Positions 1 through 23,400 of a stretch of DNA of 64,000 bases are shown in pieces (position 1 is the first letter of the stretch; each line of letters starts with the position of its first letter). A model generated the notes under the pieces. It was not told the origin of the DNA and searched no databases. It saw only the letters and a list, made by a program, of their open reading frames with translations. Made by a program: the position numbers and the translations under genes. The stretch comes from an uncultured Anaerolineaceae bacterium (lineage in GTDB: Bacteria; Chloroflexota; Anaerolineae; Anaerolineales; UBA4823): the NCBI GenBank assembly GCA_964391195.1, contig CAYMLG010000009.1:4167-68166 (forward strand), in the 5' to 3' direction.

Positions 1-3000
1 GTTCGGATTGATGCGGTAGAGAGACGAGGTGGCGTTGACCTCTTCCACGGTAGAACCGTACAGCATGCCGTCGCAGTATGCCAGGCCAGACCACAGCACC
101 ACCCCGTTGCCCTGAGGGAGCATATTGGTGTATAGGGTGGTAGCCATTCGCGTATTCAGGTTCACGGTGTACAGGCCGGTGTAGCTGGCCACGTACAGCG
201 TCCCATCCGGGCCGAAGGCCATATCACCGGTGCCGCTGTAGGGGCCCGTGGGCAGCCCGCGGACAGCTCCGAGACGGGTGAGGTTCCCATTCTGCTTGTT
301 CACGATGAACAGATCTTCGAAGGCGTCCATCATGTACAGCGTGCCATTGGGATGGAAGGCCATGCGCTTGGCGTAGACGCGCGGCGCAGGATTGTAGGTG
401 CGGACGACCGTGTTGGTGCCGGTCGCCGGATTCCAGTAGGCGAACTGGTCCGCGGTAAGCTGCCACTCCAGGTAGTAGACGAAACCGGTCTCGGGGTCTT
501 GCTCGATGGCCTGGGTGCCGAACAGCGAGTTGCCCACCCTCTGCGAGGTATTCCGGGTCAGATTGATCTCGTAGATGTCGGTGAAACCATAGGAGTTCAT
601 CCCGTAGACGATGATGTCGTTGGACTGTGCCGGAGTGACCTGGATGCTGACGATGACCGCGCTGCTCAGGGCAGAGCCGTCAGATGCCCGGTAGGTGAAG
701 GTGTCCGTCCCGGTAAAGCCGGCATTCGGGGTATAGGTGAAGGAGCCGTTCGGGTTCAGGCTGAGCACACCCTGCTGCGTGGTAGAAACCAGCACTGCGG
801 TCAGCGGGTTGCCATCGATATCGCTGTCGTTGCCCAAGACGCCCGGCGCATTCACGGTGAGTTGGGTCGCCTGTGGGGTGGTGTAGCTGTCGGCGCTCGC
901 CACCGGCGGGTCATTCACCGGGGTGACGGTGAGGCTGACCGTAGCCGGGGCGCTGTTCGCCTGCCCATCTCTGGCCCGGTAGGTGAAACTGTCCGCCCCG
1001 TTGTAATTTGAGGCAGGGGTGTAGACGAAGGAGCCGTTGGAATTAAGGGTCAGAGAACCGTGCTGTGGCCCGGTGACCAACAGCGCGGTGAGCGGGTTGC
1101 CATCCGCATCGCTGTCGTTGCCCAACACGCCGGGGGCGGGGACGGTCAGGGTGGTATCTTCAGCGGTGGTGTAGCTGTCGTTCACCGCCTGCGGGACATC
1201 GTTGACCGGGGTGACGTTGATCGTCACCGAAACCGTGTTACTGTTTGCAGATCCATCCGCAGCCCGGTAGCTGAAGGTATCCGTCCCGGCGAAGTTGGCG
1301 TTCGGCGTATAGTTGAAGGAGCCATTCGCATTCAGGTTGAGCGAACCGTTCTGCACGCTGGAAACCAGGACTGCGGTCAGCGTATCCCCGTCGGCGTCAC
1401 TGTCGTTGCCCAACACGCCGGGGGCGGGGACGGTCAGGGTGGTATCTTCAGCGGTGGTATAGCTGTCGGCGGTCGCCACCGGCGCGTCGTTCACCGGGGT
1501 GATGGTGAGACTGACCGTAGCCGGAGCGCTTTGGGCCTGGCCGTCGGACGCCCTGTAGGTAAAGCTGTCCGCCCCGTGATAATTCTGGGCTGGGGTGTAG
1601 GCGAAGGAGCCATTGGGATTCAACGTCAGAGAACCGTGCTGCGGGCCGGAGACCAACTGCGCGGTGAGCGGGTCGCCGTCCCCATCGTTGTCATTGCTTA
1701 AGACACCTGGGGCGGGTACGTTGAGCTGCGTGTCTTCCGGGGTGGTGTAGCTGTCGTTCACCGCCTGTGGAGGGGCGTTCACGATCGAAACGGCGATGCT
1801 GACCGTCGCGGGAGCGCTGTTGGCTGTGCCGTCCCTGGCCTGGTAGGTGAACTCGTCCACCCCGCTGAAGCCAGCATTCGGTGTGTAAGTGAAGGACCCA
1901 TTCGAATTCAGGGTCAGGGCGCCGTTCGCCGTAGGGGAGACCAGGATGGCGGTCAGAGCATCGCCATCGATGTCGCTGTCGTTGCCCAGCACGCCCGGGG
2001 CGGGGATGGTGAGCGCTGTGCCTGCGTCGGTGCTGTAGCTGTCGCCCACCGCCTGCGGTGCATCGTTCACCGGCGTGACGGTGAGGCTGACCGTCGCCGG
2101 GGCGCTTTGATCCTGGCCGTCAAACGCCCGATAGGTGAAGCTGTCCGCCCCGTGATAATTCGGAGCAGGGGTGTAGCTGAAGGAGCCATTGGAGTTCAGC
2201 GTCAGGGAACCATGCTGTGGGCCGGAGACCAACTGCGCAGTGAGCGGGTCGCCGTCCCCATCGCTGTCGTTGCCCAACACCCCGGGGGCGGGCACATTGA
2301 GGGGTGTGTCTTCTGGGGTGGTGTAGCTGTCGTTTACCGCCTGCGGGGCATCGTTCACCGCAGCGACCTCGATGCTGACCGTGACAGGGCTGCTCTGGGC
2401 GGATCCATCCGAGGCCCGGTAGGTGAAGCTATCCGTGCCGGTAAAGCCGGCATTCGGGGTGTACGTGAAGGAGCCATTCGCACTCAGGTTGAGCGTACCG
2501 TTCTGCGTGGTGGAAACCAGCGCCGCGGTGAGCGCATCGCCATCGACGTCGCTGTCGTTACCCAGCACACCTGGGGCGGGGATGTTGAGCGAGACCCCTT
2601 CAGAGGTGTTGTAGCTATCCCCGTTCGCCACCGGAGCGTCGTTCACCGGGGTGACGTTGATGTTGATCGTAGCCGGGGCGCTCGGGTCCGTCCCATCCGT
2701 GGCCTGGAATGTGAAGCTGTCCGGGCCGAAGAAATTTGGGTCCGGGGTGTAACTCAGGTTGGGCGCCTGCCCGCTGAGGGAGCCATGGGCCGGCCCGTTC
2801 AGCACCGAAAATGTGAGCGGGTCCTGGTCGGGGTCGCTGGCGGTCAGGGTGATGCCCAGCGGGGTGTCCTCCGGCGTGCTCAGGTTCTGCCCGTCTGCGA
2901 TGGGGGGCTGGTTGGGCGGTGGAGGACTGAAGACCGGGCAGGAGGACAGGTCGTTCAGGAAAATTGGGTTGTCGAACAGGCGGGTGGTCTGTCCGGTGTT

Positions 3001-3768
3001 CGGGTCGATGCGGAAGATCCCGGAGCGAACGGTGGCCTGGTCGGCATGAGAGGCGTAGAGGCTGCCATCGCAGTAGGCCAGGCCGGTCCAAAGCACGGTC
3101 TGCGGGCCGCTGATCAGGTTGGCGTACAGCAGGGTTGCCGCCCGGGTGTTCAGATCGACGGTGTACAGGTTGGTATAGGTCACCAGGTACAGCGTGCCGT
3201 CGGGGCTGAAAGCGATGTCGCCTGTCGCCCCGTAGGGGCCGCTCACCAGCCCGGTGACCTGACCCAGGAGGGTAATATTCCCGTTGAGCTTATCAATGGT
3301 GAACAGCCGGTCGGTTTTATCCATGGCGTACAGCGCCCCGTCGGGGGCGAAGGCCATGCGCTCGAAATCTATGCCAGGGGCAGGGTTATAGGTGCGGACC
3401 AGGGTGTCGCTGCCGGTCGCCGGATCCCAATAGGCGAACCGCCTGCCGGTGGCCTGCCACTCGAAGTAGTACAGGTACCCGGTTTCCGGGTCCTGCTCGA
3501 TCGCCTGGGTATCGAACAGCAGGCGATCGGCCAGCCGGGTCAGGTTCTGGGTCAGGTTGATCTCGTACACCTCGCGGCGGGTGTGCGCGTTGGCCCCGTA
3601 AATGATCATATCGCCTTCTAACTGAAAGTACGGGGCAACAGAGCGACTCATGACGGGGATAAAGAGCTCGTAAGGGGGTTCTGCAGCGGCGCTGGTGGCT
3701 TGAGCAACCCCAATTAGCATGACAAACAGGATTCCCAACAGGGATCGGATCGATTTCCGTGCAGACAT
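1..3768 (-). CDS. Giant secreted repeat protein, N-terminal 1256 aa only (the 3' end runs off the left edge). Layout: signal peptide, beta-propeller-like domain, 8 tandem ~95-aa Ig/cadherin-like (tandem-95/VCBS-type) repeats, then a second copy of the beta-propeller-like domain
   Basis: Not in the ORF track because there is no stop in the window. I translated by hand the minus frame whose codons end at nt 1. The ATG at 3768-3766 has GGAGG 7 nt upstream (complement of 3776-3780). The N-terminus MSARKSIRSLLGILFVMLIGVAQATSAAAEP looks like a signal peptide. The repeats follow VNDAPxAxxDSYTTxEDTxLxVxAPGVLGNDSDxDGDxLTAxLV..NGSFxYTPxxxFxGxDSFTYRAxDG. Both flanking domains share PDGTLY and LAYCDGxLY motifs. 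The frame is still open at nt 1 (..YGSTVEEVNATSSLYRINPN). Confidence 0.85.
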   Translation of the reverse strand, partial: MSARKSIRSLLGILFVMLIGVAQATSAAAEPPYELFIPVMSRSVAPYFQLEGDMIIYGANAHTRREVYEINLTQNLTRLADRLLFDTQAIEQDPETGYLYYFEWQATGRRFAYWDPATGSDTLVRTYNPAPGIDFERMAFAPDGALYAMDKTDRLFTIDKLNGNITLLGQVTGLVSGPYGATGDIAFSPDGTLYLVTYTNLYTVDLNTRAATLLYANLISGPQTVLWTGLAYCDGSLYASHADQATVRSGIFRIDPNTGQTTRLFDNPIFLNDLSSCPVFSPPPPNQPPIADGQNLSTPEDTPLGITLTASDPDQDPLTFSVLNGPAHGSLSGQAPNLSYTPDPNFFGPDSFTFQATDGTDPSAPATININVTPVNDAPVANGDSYNTSEGVSLNIPAPGVLGNDSDVDGDALTAALVSTTQNGTLNLSANGSFTYTPNAGFTGTDSFTYRASDGSAQSSPVTVSIEVAAVNDAPQAVNDSYTTPEDTPLNVPAPGVLGNDSDGDGDPLTAQLVSGPQHGSLTLNSNGSFSYTPAPNYHGADSFTYRAFDGQDQSAPATVSLTVTPVNDAPQAVGDSYSTDAGTALTIPAPGVLGNDSDIDGDALTAILVSPTANGALTLNSNGSFTYTPNAGFSGVDEFTYQARDGTANSAPATVSIAVSIVNAPPQAVNDSYTTPEDTQLNVPAPGVLSNDNDGDGDPLTAQLVSGPQHGSLTLNPNGSFAYTPAQNYHGADSFTYRASDGQAQSAPATVSLTITPVNDAPVATADSYTTAEDTTLTVPAPGVLGNDSDADGDTLTAVLVSSVQNGSLNLNANGSFNYTPNANFAGTDTFSYRAADGSANSNTVSVTINVTPVNDVPQAVNDSYTTAEDTTLTVPAPGVLGNDSDADGNPLTALLVTGPQHGSLTLNSNGSFVYTPASNYNGADSFTYRARDGQANSAPATVSLTVTPVNDPPVASADSYTTPQATQLTVNAPGVLGNDSDIDGNPLTAVLVSTTQQGVLSLNPNGSFTYTPNAGFTGTDTFTYRASDGSALSSAVIVSIQVTPAQSNDIIVYGMNSYGFTDIYEINLTRNTSQRVGNSLFGTQAIEQDPETGFVYYLEWQLTADQFAYWNPATGTNTVVRTYNPAPRVYAKRMAFHPNGTLYMMDAFEDLFIVNKQNGNLTRLGAVRGLPTGPYSGTGDMAFGPDGTLYVASYTGLYTVNLNTRMATTLYTNMLPQGNGVVLWSGLAYCDGMLYGSTVEEVNATSSLYRINPN
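633..2910 (-). repeat. In-frame tandem coding repeats with a ~288-bp unit (96 codons): 7 canonical copies plus 1 divergent copy, alternating between two subtypes (super-unit ~576 bp)
   Basis: gtcgttgcccaacacgccgggggcgggg starts at 1114 and again at 1402, a 288-bp spacing. gaccaactgcgc starts at 1651 and 2227, a 576-bp spacing. At the protein level the copies alternate between NAGFTGTD-type and GPQHGSLTLN..NYHGADS-type. Confidence 0.85.
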
Positions 3769-3822
3769 TTAATTACCTCCCATACGGAGTCTCTGGCTGA
3801 CCAGGTTTCAGTGAATTAATTT

Positions 3823-4884
3823 TCATCGCAGGCCGGCGCTTTGCAGAATTTCCTCATCGCTGAGCGGCTGGATGTCCAGGCCGAAAGCCTGGTTGAACGG
3901 CTCGACGAGCAGCGAATTAGCGAACAATCCTGAGAGCACTGTGCCGGCATGTCCGGATTCATCACCCAACTGCAGATGGTGGGGCTCATTGCCACGCTGA
4001 GTGAGGATGAAGGTTTCCCCGCCCAGTTCAAAGTTGCCTTGCTGATTAATCCTGCCCAGGACTTGGTTGGCGAAGGCGTTGAGATCGACCACAACAATCC
4101 CGCGCTCGGCAGCCATGACTTCAATCTGTTCGTTCACCCAGGCGATCGCCTGGCTTACCCGCTGGCGTCCGGCCTGATTTGGATACCGGCTGACGGTCTC
4201 CGGGGCCAGGCTTTTGTCGGCCACATTGACCACCACCATCTGGACCTCACCCGCGGCGCGGACGGTGTCCACCGCCAGGGTGATGTGCTCGACGAATTGA
4301 TCGAGCTTACGCTGTAGCCGGGCTCCGCTGAGCGAGCCATCGTAGATCTCCCGATAGGTGCCGTTCTCCAGGTGGAAATCGTTGCCGCCGATGTACAGGA
4401 TGACGTGGGAGACCTCGCCATTTGCCACCTGCTCGGCCAACCCGATGTGCTGCCCGTCATTGATCATCGACCGGGCATCGGCCGCGCTGCGCGCCCAGTT
4501 GTACTTATAGCCCGTGCGGCGCGGTTCGCCCCAATCTCCCCACTCGCCGAAGTTCAGATTGCGGTTCCGGGCCAGCAGTTCGATCCAGTTTAACGTCGTA
4601 TCCGCCCACCGCCCGCCGCGGTTATCAGTCCCGCGATATTCATCAGAGTTGCTGTCCCCCATCACCCCAATGCCGACCAGTTTGGTCGTTGGCGGGGGGG
4701 CATCCTGCAGGGCTGGCGGGATTTTTACCAGCCGGGTTTCGCCATCCGCAGGGCCGCGATTCACCTGTGTGAAGGCCTGCTGCGGCGCCTCATTCCGGCG
4801 CATCAGGACCAGGATCGCCGCGCTAAGCACCAGGATGATGGAGAGCAGGAATAGATTCAACCAGGTCATTCTGGTTTGGGCCAT
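3823..4884 (-). CDS. SGNH/GDSL-family hydrolase with an N-terminal membrane anchor
   Basis: Block I is GVMGDSNSDEY, block III is YIGGNDF, and a C-terminal LGDESGHAG resembles the acid-His block V. There is a hydrophobic helix LNLFLLSIILVLSAAILVLM. The ORF-track start at 4896 is a GTG that lies inside the SD-like GAGGTG, so the ATG at 4884 is the more likely start. It begins 15 nt after the stop of the last PKS gene. Confidence 0.8.
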   Translation of the reverse strand: MAQTRMTWLNLFLLSIILVLSAAILVLMRRNEAPQQAFTQVNRGPADGETRLVKIPPALQDAPPPTTKLVGIGVMGDSNSDEYRGTDNRGGRWADTTLNWIELLARNRNLNFGEWGDWGEPRRTGYKYNWARSAADARSMINDGQHIGLAEQVANGEVSHVILYIGGNDFHLENGTYREIYDGSLSGARLQRKLDQFVEHITLAVDTVRAAGEVQMVVVNVADKSLAPETVSRYPNQAGRQRVSQAIAWVNEQIEVMAAERGIVVVDLNAFANQVLGRINQQGNFELGGETFILTQRGNEPHHLQLGDESGHAGTVLSGLFANSLLVEPFNQAFGLDIQPLSDEEILQSAGLR

Positions 4885-4899
4885 TTTATCATTCACCTC

Positions 4900-17467
<12,568 letters not shown>

Positions 17468-17471
<4 letters not shown>

Positions 17472-20400
17472 CCCCTCTTCAGGCGGTCGGAGAATAATCG
17501 TTCTACTTCATCGCTGGGCAGGTCCTCCAGCGCGGCCAGCAAGTCCTCGGGGGTCTCGGGCGCTGGTTTGCCCGCCGGCTTGGGGGCGCCCTCGCCGTTC
17601 GCGGCGCCCAATTGCTTGGCCAGGTATCCGGCGATGGCCTCCACGGTGGGGTAGTCGAACACCAGGCTGGCGGGCAGATTGCGCTCCAGGTTCAGGCCGC
17701 TGCTCAGCAGGTTGCGCAGCTCGACGGCCATGAGCGAATCCAGCCCGACCTCGTTGAGCGGCCGCTGCTGGTCCAGGGTTTCCCCGGCCTCCAGCCCCAG
17801 GACCCGGACCGCCTGCTCGTTCACGAAGGAGAGCAGCAGGTCGTACTGGCGGTTGGCGGGGGCGGCGGCCAGGCGCTCGCGGAAGGACTGCGGCCCCGCC
17901 GGGCGGGGAGCGGCCGGTTTGGCGGGAGCGCGGGCCGGGGCGGGGACGGACAGGGCCGACAGCCAGCGCGGCGCGGCCCCTCCGGGCCGGTATAAAGGCA
18001 GGAACTGGGCCCAATCGACGGGCAGCACCGCCACCTGGGCCATCTCCTGCGCCAGGAGGTGCTCCAGGATCTCCAACCCGGCCTGGGGCGAGATCACCCC
18101 CAGGCCCTTGAGCTCAGCCCGCTCGTCGACGTTGCGCTCGGCGGCCGCGCCGACCTCGGACCACACCCCCCAGTTGATGCTCAGCGCCGGCAGCCCCCTG
18201 GCCCGGCGGTAGTGGGCCAGAGCGTCCATGAAGGTGTTGGCGGCGGCGTGGTTCCCCTGCCCGGGCGAGCCCAGCAGGGCGGCGGTGGAGGAGAACAGGA
18301 CAAAGAAATCCAGGTCGAGGTCGAGGCTCAGCTCGTGCAGGGCCCAGGCGCCCTGGACCTTGGGCGCCATCACCCGGGCAAAGCGCTCCCAATCCTGGCG
18401 CAGCAGGGCGGCGTCGGCCAGGACCCCGGCCGAGTGCAGGATGCCGCGCAGCGGGGGCATGCTCTCCCGGATCATGGCGAACAGGTCCGCCAGATCCTGG
18501 TAGCAGGAGACGTCGGCCTGGACGGCACGCACCTGCGCCCCGGCCCCCTCCATCTCCCTCAGGGCCGCCAGGGCCTCTTCGGAAGGTGCGCTCCGCCCGA
18601 CCAGCACCAGGTGGCGCGCCCCCTGCTGCACCCAGCGGCGGGCGATCAAGAGCCCCAGGCCGCCCAGCCCGCCGGTGATGAGATACGTGGCCCCCGGGTC
18701 GGGCGCGAAGCGGGGCGGGCGGTTGGATGCGCCCCCGGCGGGTAGCTCGGCCGCCGAGCGTCGCTCATCGGACTGGGTGACCACGATCTTCCCGATGTGC
18801 TTCGCCTGAGACATGAAGCGGAAGGCCTCCGAGATCTCCTCCAGCGGGAAGGTATGCAGCGGGAGCGGGGGATAGACCCCGGCCGCGGCCCCCTGGATGA
18901 CCTCGGCGAACAGGGAGCGGAAGGCCTCGGGCTGCCTGACCCGCACCAGGGCCAGGTCGATGACCGCATAAGTGGCGTTCGGTTTGACCCCGGCGAACTG
19001 CTCCTGGGTCCAGATGCCGCGCTTGCCGATCTCCAGGAAACAACCGTCATTGGCCAGCACGGCCACGCTCTGGGGGATGAACTCCCCGGCCAGGGAATTG
19101 AGGATTATGTCCACCCCCTCCCCGCCGGTGAGGTCCAGGACCTGGGCGGCGAAATCCAGAGAGCGGGAGTCGAAGACATGCTGCACCCCCTGGTCCTTGA
19201 GGAACTGGCGCTTGGCCGGGCTGCCGGCGGTGGCGAACACCTCCGCGCCGCGGCGCAGGGCGATCTGCACCGCCGCCTGCCCCACGCCGCCGGCCGCGGC
19301 GTGAATCAGCACCCGGTCGCCGGCCTGTATCCCGGCCGTCTTCTCCAGGGCATAGGCGGCGGTCATCACCGCCATGGGGACTGCGGCGGCCTGGGCGAAA
19401 TCGAACCCGGCGGGCAGGGGGGCGACCAGGGCGGCCTCGGCAATGACGTAAGAGGCGAAGGCCCCGTTGACCACCGCCACCACCGGGTCGCCGACCGAGA
19501 AGCCGGTGACGCCCGGGCCGAGGGCGGCGATCCGCCCGGCGCACTCGCTGCCCAGGGGTTCTGGGTCGGTGCGCATGGCCAGGGCGTTGAGCACGTCGCG
19601 GAAATTCAGGCCGGAGGCCAGGACGCGGATCTCCACCTCGCCCGGCCCCGGTTTATGGCGGTCGGCCTGGACGATGGCCAGGTCGTCGAGCACCCCGCTG
19701 TCGCCGACCTCCAGGCACACCGCCGGGGCGGAGGCCTCGGCCTGCGTCGCTTTCAATTCTTCTGCGACCAGGCGGGCAGCGAAGCGCTGGCTGTCGCGGT
19801 AGGCGACCTGCTCCTCCCCATCCGGGGCCAGGATCTCGTCCAGCAGGCGCTTAGCCCCTGATTCGGCCTGCTCGGCGGGGTCGAGGTCGACCATGCGGGG
19901 GCGGTATTCCGGGTGTTCGAGTTGAATGACCTTGCCCAGGCCCCAGGCAGACGCCTGCGCCGGGCCGCTCACGCCCCTCCCGGCCGGCTGGGCGCCGCGG
20001 GTGACGATCCACAGCGCCGGGGTGGAGGTGCCGCCCCCCAGGGCCTGGACCAGGTGCAGCAGGCTGCCGGCGCCCAGCGCCTGCCCGTTTTCCAATTCAT
20101 CCAGCCCCTCGGGCCGGGCCGGCAGGTCCAGGCTCCACAAATGCACCACCCCGTCGAACGCCTGGCCGGCCGTCTCCAGGAGCCGTTTGAAACCCTCCGG
20201 GCGGGAGGGGTCCAGCCGCCAGAGCCCGCCGTCTTGCGCCTCGGTCCTGTCGCCCGGAAGGACGACCGTGCAGCGGTGGCCCCTGGCCCGCAGCCCGGCG
20301 GCCAGCTCCTGGCCCACGCCGCTCGCATCGCCGAAGACCAGCCACCCCTGGGGCTCCTGCCCGGCGAAAGGTTTGCGGGCCAGCAGGATGGCCTCCTTGC

Positions 20401-23400
20401 TCAACTCGGTCTCCTCCGGCAGGGCCTGCGCCGCCTCGAAGCCGCACCCGGCTAGCAGGTCGAGCCATTCCCCCCGGGAGAGCAGGGGGTAGCCGGGACG
20501 GACCCCTTCATCGGTGAAGCGCCACCAGCCGTCGGTCAGCCCGAAGGTGATATCGATCCACCGCTCCGGGGCGGTGACCTCCAGCATGAGCAGCAGCCCG
20601 CCGGGGGCCAGCAGCTCGCGGATATGGCCCAGGCTTTGCCTGAGGTCCTGGGTGGCGTGGATCACATTGGCCGCCAGGATCAGGTCGTAGCCCCCGGGCT
20701 CGAAGCCCTGGGCGAGGGGATCTTTCTCGAGGTCGAGGGCCTTGAAATCGACGAAGGGGAACCCGGCGAAGCGCGCCCGTGCCTTGGCCACGAAAGCCGG
20801 GGCGATGTCGGTAAAGGTGTAGCGCGTGGTCTCGGGGGGGAGGGCGGGCAGGACGAAGGAGGTCGTCCCCCCGGTGCCGGCCCCGATCTCCAGGACCCGC
20901 AATGGCCCAGGCCGGGCGGAGAGGAGGGCCTGCACGCTCTCCCGCACCATGTGGTTATAAGTCCTGGCCTCGCCGGTCTCCTCGTACAGGCGCTGGGCCA
21001 GCTCGAGCGAGCCGCCGGGGAAGAGCAGCTGCAGCGGGTCGGCCTTCCCGGCCAGGGCCTGGGCCAGCTCCCCGGCGCAGCGTTCCGTGATCGCCAGCGG
21101 CGCGGGCGCATCCGGGAACTGCTCTCGCAGCGCGGGCAGCGCCTCAGGGGCCTGGCCCGGCCCGGGCAGGGCGATCACCTCCCAGCCCGCCTCCAGCCGC
21201 CTGAGCACTCCCTCCTCGGCGAGAATATCCAGCAGCCGGTCCAGAAGCCGGCGATAGGCGGGAAGGATCCCGAGCTGTTCACGCAGGGCTTCTGCGGCGA
21301 AGCGCTCGCCTGGCGTTGGGCTCCAGCCCAGTTCGCGCAGCGCGTCCAGAACCAGACCCGGCACAGCCTGGTCCAACTGCGCCACCAGCCGGTGGTGGGC
21401 CTCCAGGTCGTATTCCCGGCTCAGGGCGGGGAAGCGGGCGGAAGCGCGTTCGGCGACCGCCTCCACCGCGACCTCCGCGTTCTGGGAGACCGCTTTGGGC
21501 GCCGGGACCCAGTCCACCTTGTACAGGCTGCCCGCCATAGCCGGCAGGCCGGCCTCATCGCGCATGGGCGCGGCGCGCTTGAGCCGCAGCCCTTCGATAA
21601 GGGCCACGACCTGGTCCGAGGCGTCCTGGACGGCGATATCGGCGGTGATGGTCTCCGGCCGCGGGCTGGCGGCGGGCCGGACGGTGACCCGGCTCCACAG
21701 CTCGCCCTGCGGGGAGCGATAGAAGTGGAAGGCGTCGACCGCGATCGGGAGATAAGCCTCCTCGGCCGCGCCGTCCCGGGGCAGGGCTTCCTCCACCACC
21801 TGCAGGCAGGCGTCGAGCAGCGCCGGGTGCAGGCGGAAGAGGGCCTGCTCCGCCTCGTGGTCCTCCCCGGGCCGGATGCGCCCCAGAGCTTCGCTATCCC
21901 GGCGGTGTATGGCGGCCAGCGGCCTGAGGCTCGGCCCGAGGTCGATGCCCCGGCCCGCCAGGCGCTCGTAGTGGGCCCCCGGGTCGATCTCCTCCGCGCA
22001 CTGGGCCTGGACCGCCTCAGGGGAGAAGGCCTGCGGCGCCTGTTCCTTCGGGGAGACGATCCGCCCGGTCAGGTGCAGGGACCAGTCCTCGGATTCGCCC
22101 CCCTGGTCCTGGCTGTAGACCTGGAAGGACCCGTCGGGCGAGAGCACGGTCTGGACCACCCGGCCCGCCTCGCCCTCGAAGACCATGGGGGAGTGGATCA
22201 GCAGGTCCTCGATCGCCGCCGGGTCAGGGCCGAGCAGGCCCTCGGCGGCCTCCAGGGCGAGCTCGATGTAGGCGGTGGTGGGCAGGATCAGCCGGCCCGA
22301 TACCGAGTGGTCGGCCAGGAAGGCGAAGGAACCGGCGGAGAGCCATGCCTCGTACTGGCGATCCTTTAGGGCCGAGCGTATACGGCGGCCCAAAAGCGGC
22401 CGGCCGGGCTGGGCGGACTCTTGCCCCGGGTAGGAGTCGGGGGTGGAGGGCCGGGGTGGGAGCCAGTAGCGCTTGCGCTGGAAGGGATAGGTGGGCAGCG
22501 GCAGGCGGCGGCGCAGCCCCTGGGCCTGGTAATCACGGTCGAACCCGGCCCAGTCGATCTGCGCCCCGTAGCAGTACAGCTTCGCCAGGCTGGAGAGCAG
22601 CACCTGCCAATCGTCCTGGTCCTTGCGCAGCGAAGGCAGCCACAGCCCGCCGGCCTCGGGGAGGCAGCGCTGGCCCATGGCCACCAGGGTCGGCGCAGGG
22701 CCGATCTCCAGGAAGGCCTGGCAGCCGGCGGCCTGCAGGGCGTCCATCCCGGAGGCGAACAGCACCGGCTGGCGCACGTGCCGCACCCAGTACTCAGCGT
22801 CCACCGCCCCCGCCCCCATCCTGGCCTCCCCGGTCAGGTTGGAGATGAACAGGGTGTGCGGCGCATGGTAAGTGACCTCAGCGGCCACGCGGGCGAACTC
22901 GTCGAGGATCGGGTCCATCAGCGGGGAATGGAAGGCGTGCGACACCACCAGCGGCCGGGATTTGATCCCGTCCCTGGCCAGCCGCTCCAGGAGGGCCTGC
23001 ACATCGTCCCCCGACCCGGACACCACCGTGTTCGCCGGCCCATTCACTGCCGCGATCGAAACCCGGTCTGCATACGGGCCGAGCGCCTCCTCTACGACCG
23101 AGGTTGCGGCGAAGACAGCCGCCATCTTACCACCGGCGGGCAGGGAGCCCATCAGGCGGGCGCGGTGGGCGATCAGCTTCAGCCCGTCCTCCAGGCTGAA
23201 AATCCCGGCGATGCAGGCGGCGACATACTCACCGGCGCTGTGACCGATCACCGCCGCCGGTTTCACCCCCCAGGACCCCCACAGTTGGGCCAGGGCGTAC
23301 TCCAACGCGAACAGGGCGGGCTGGGTATAGGCGGTGTTGTCCAGCAGGTCCGGGCGGGAGAAAATCACTTCGAGCAGGGGCTCGGGCAGATAGGGCTGCA

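Noticed and set aside
633-2910. Regular nucleotide periodicity, considered as a CRISPR-like or satellite array
   Set aside because: The period is 288 bp and in frame, each unit encodes an Ig-like domain, and there is no short-repeat/unique-spacer structure.
352-3621. Long plus-strand ORFs (352-1011, 1060-1701, 2107-3621) listed in the track over the left end of the window
   Set aside because: Their translations are Arg/Gly/Val/Ala-rich low-complexity strings with no motifs. They are antisense shadows of the minus-strand repeat-protein gene, which has an SD, a signal peptide and coherent domain repeats.
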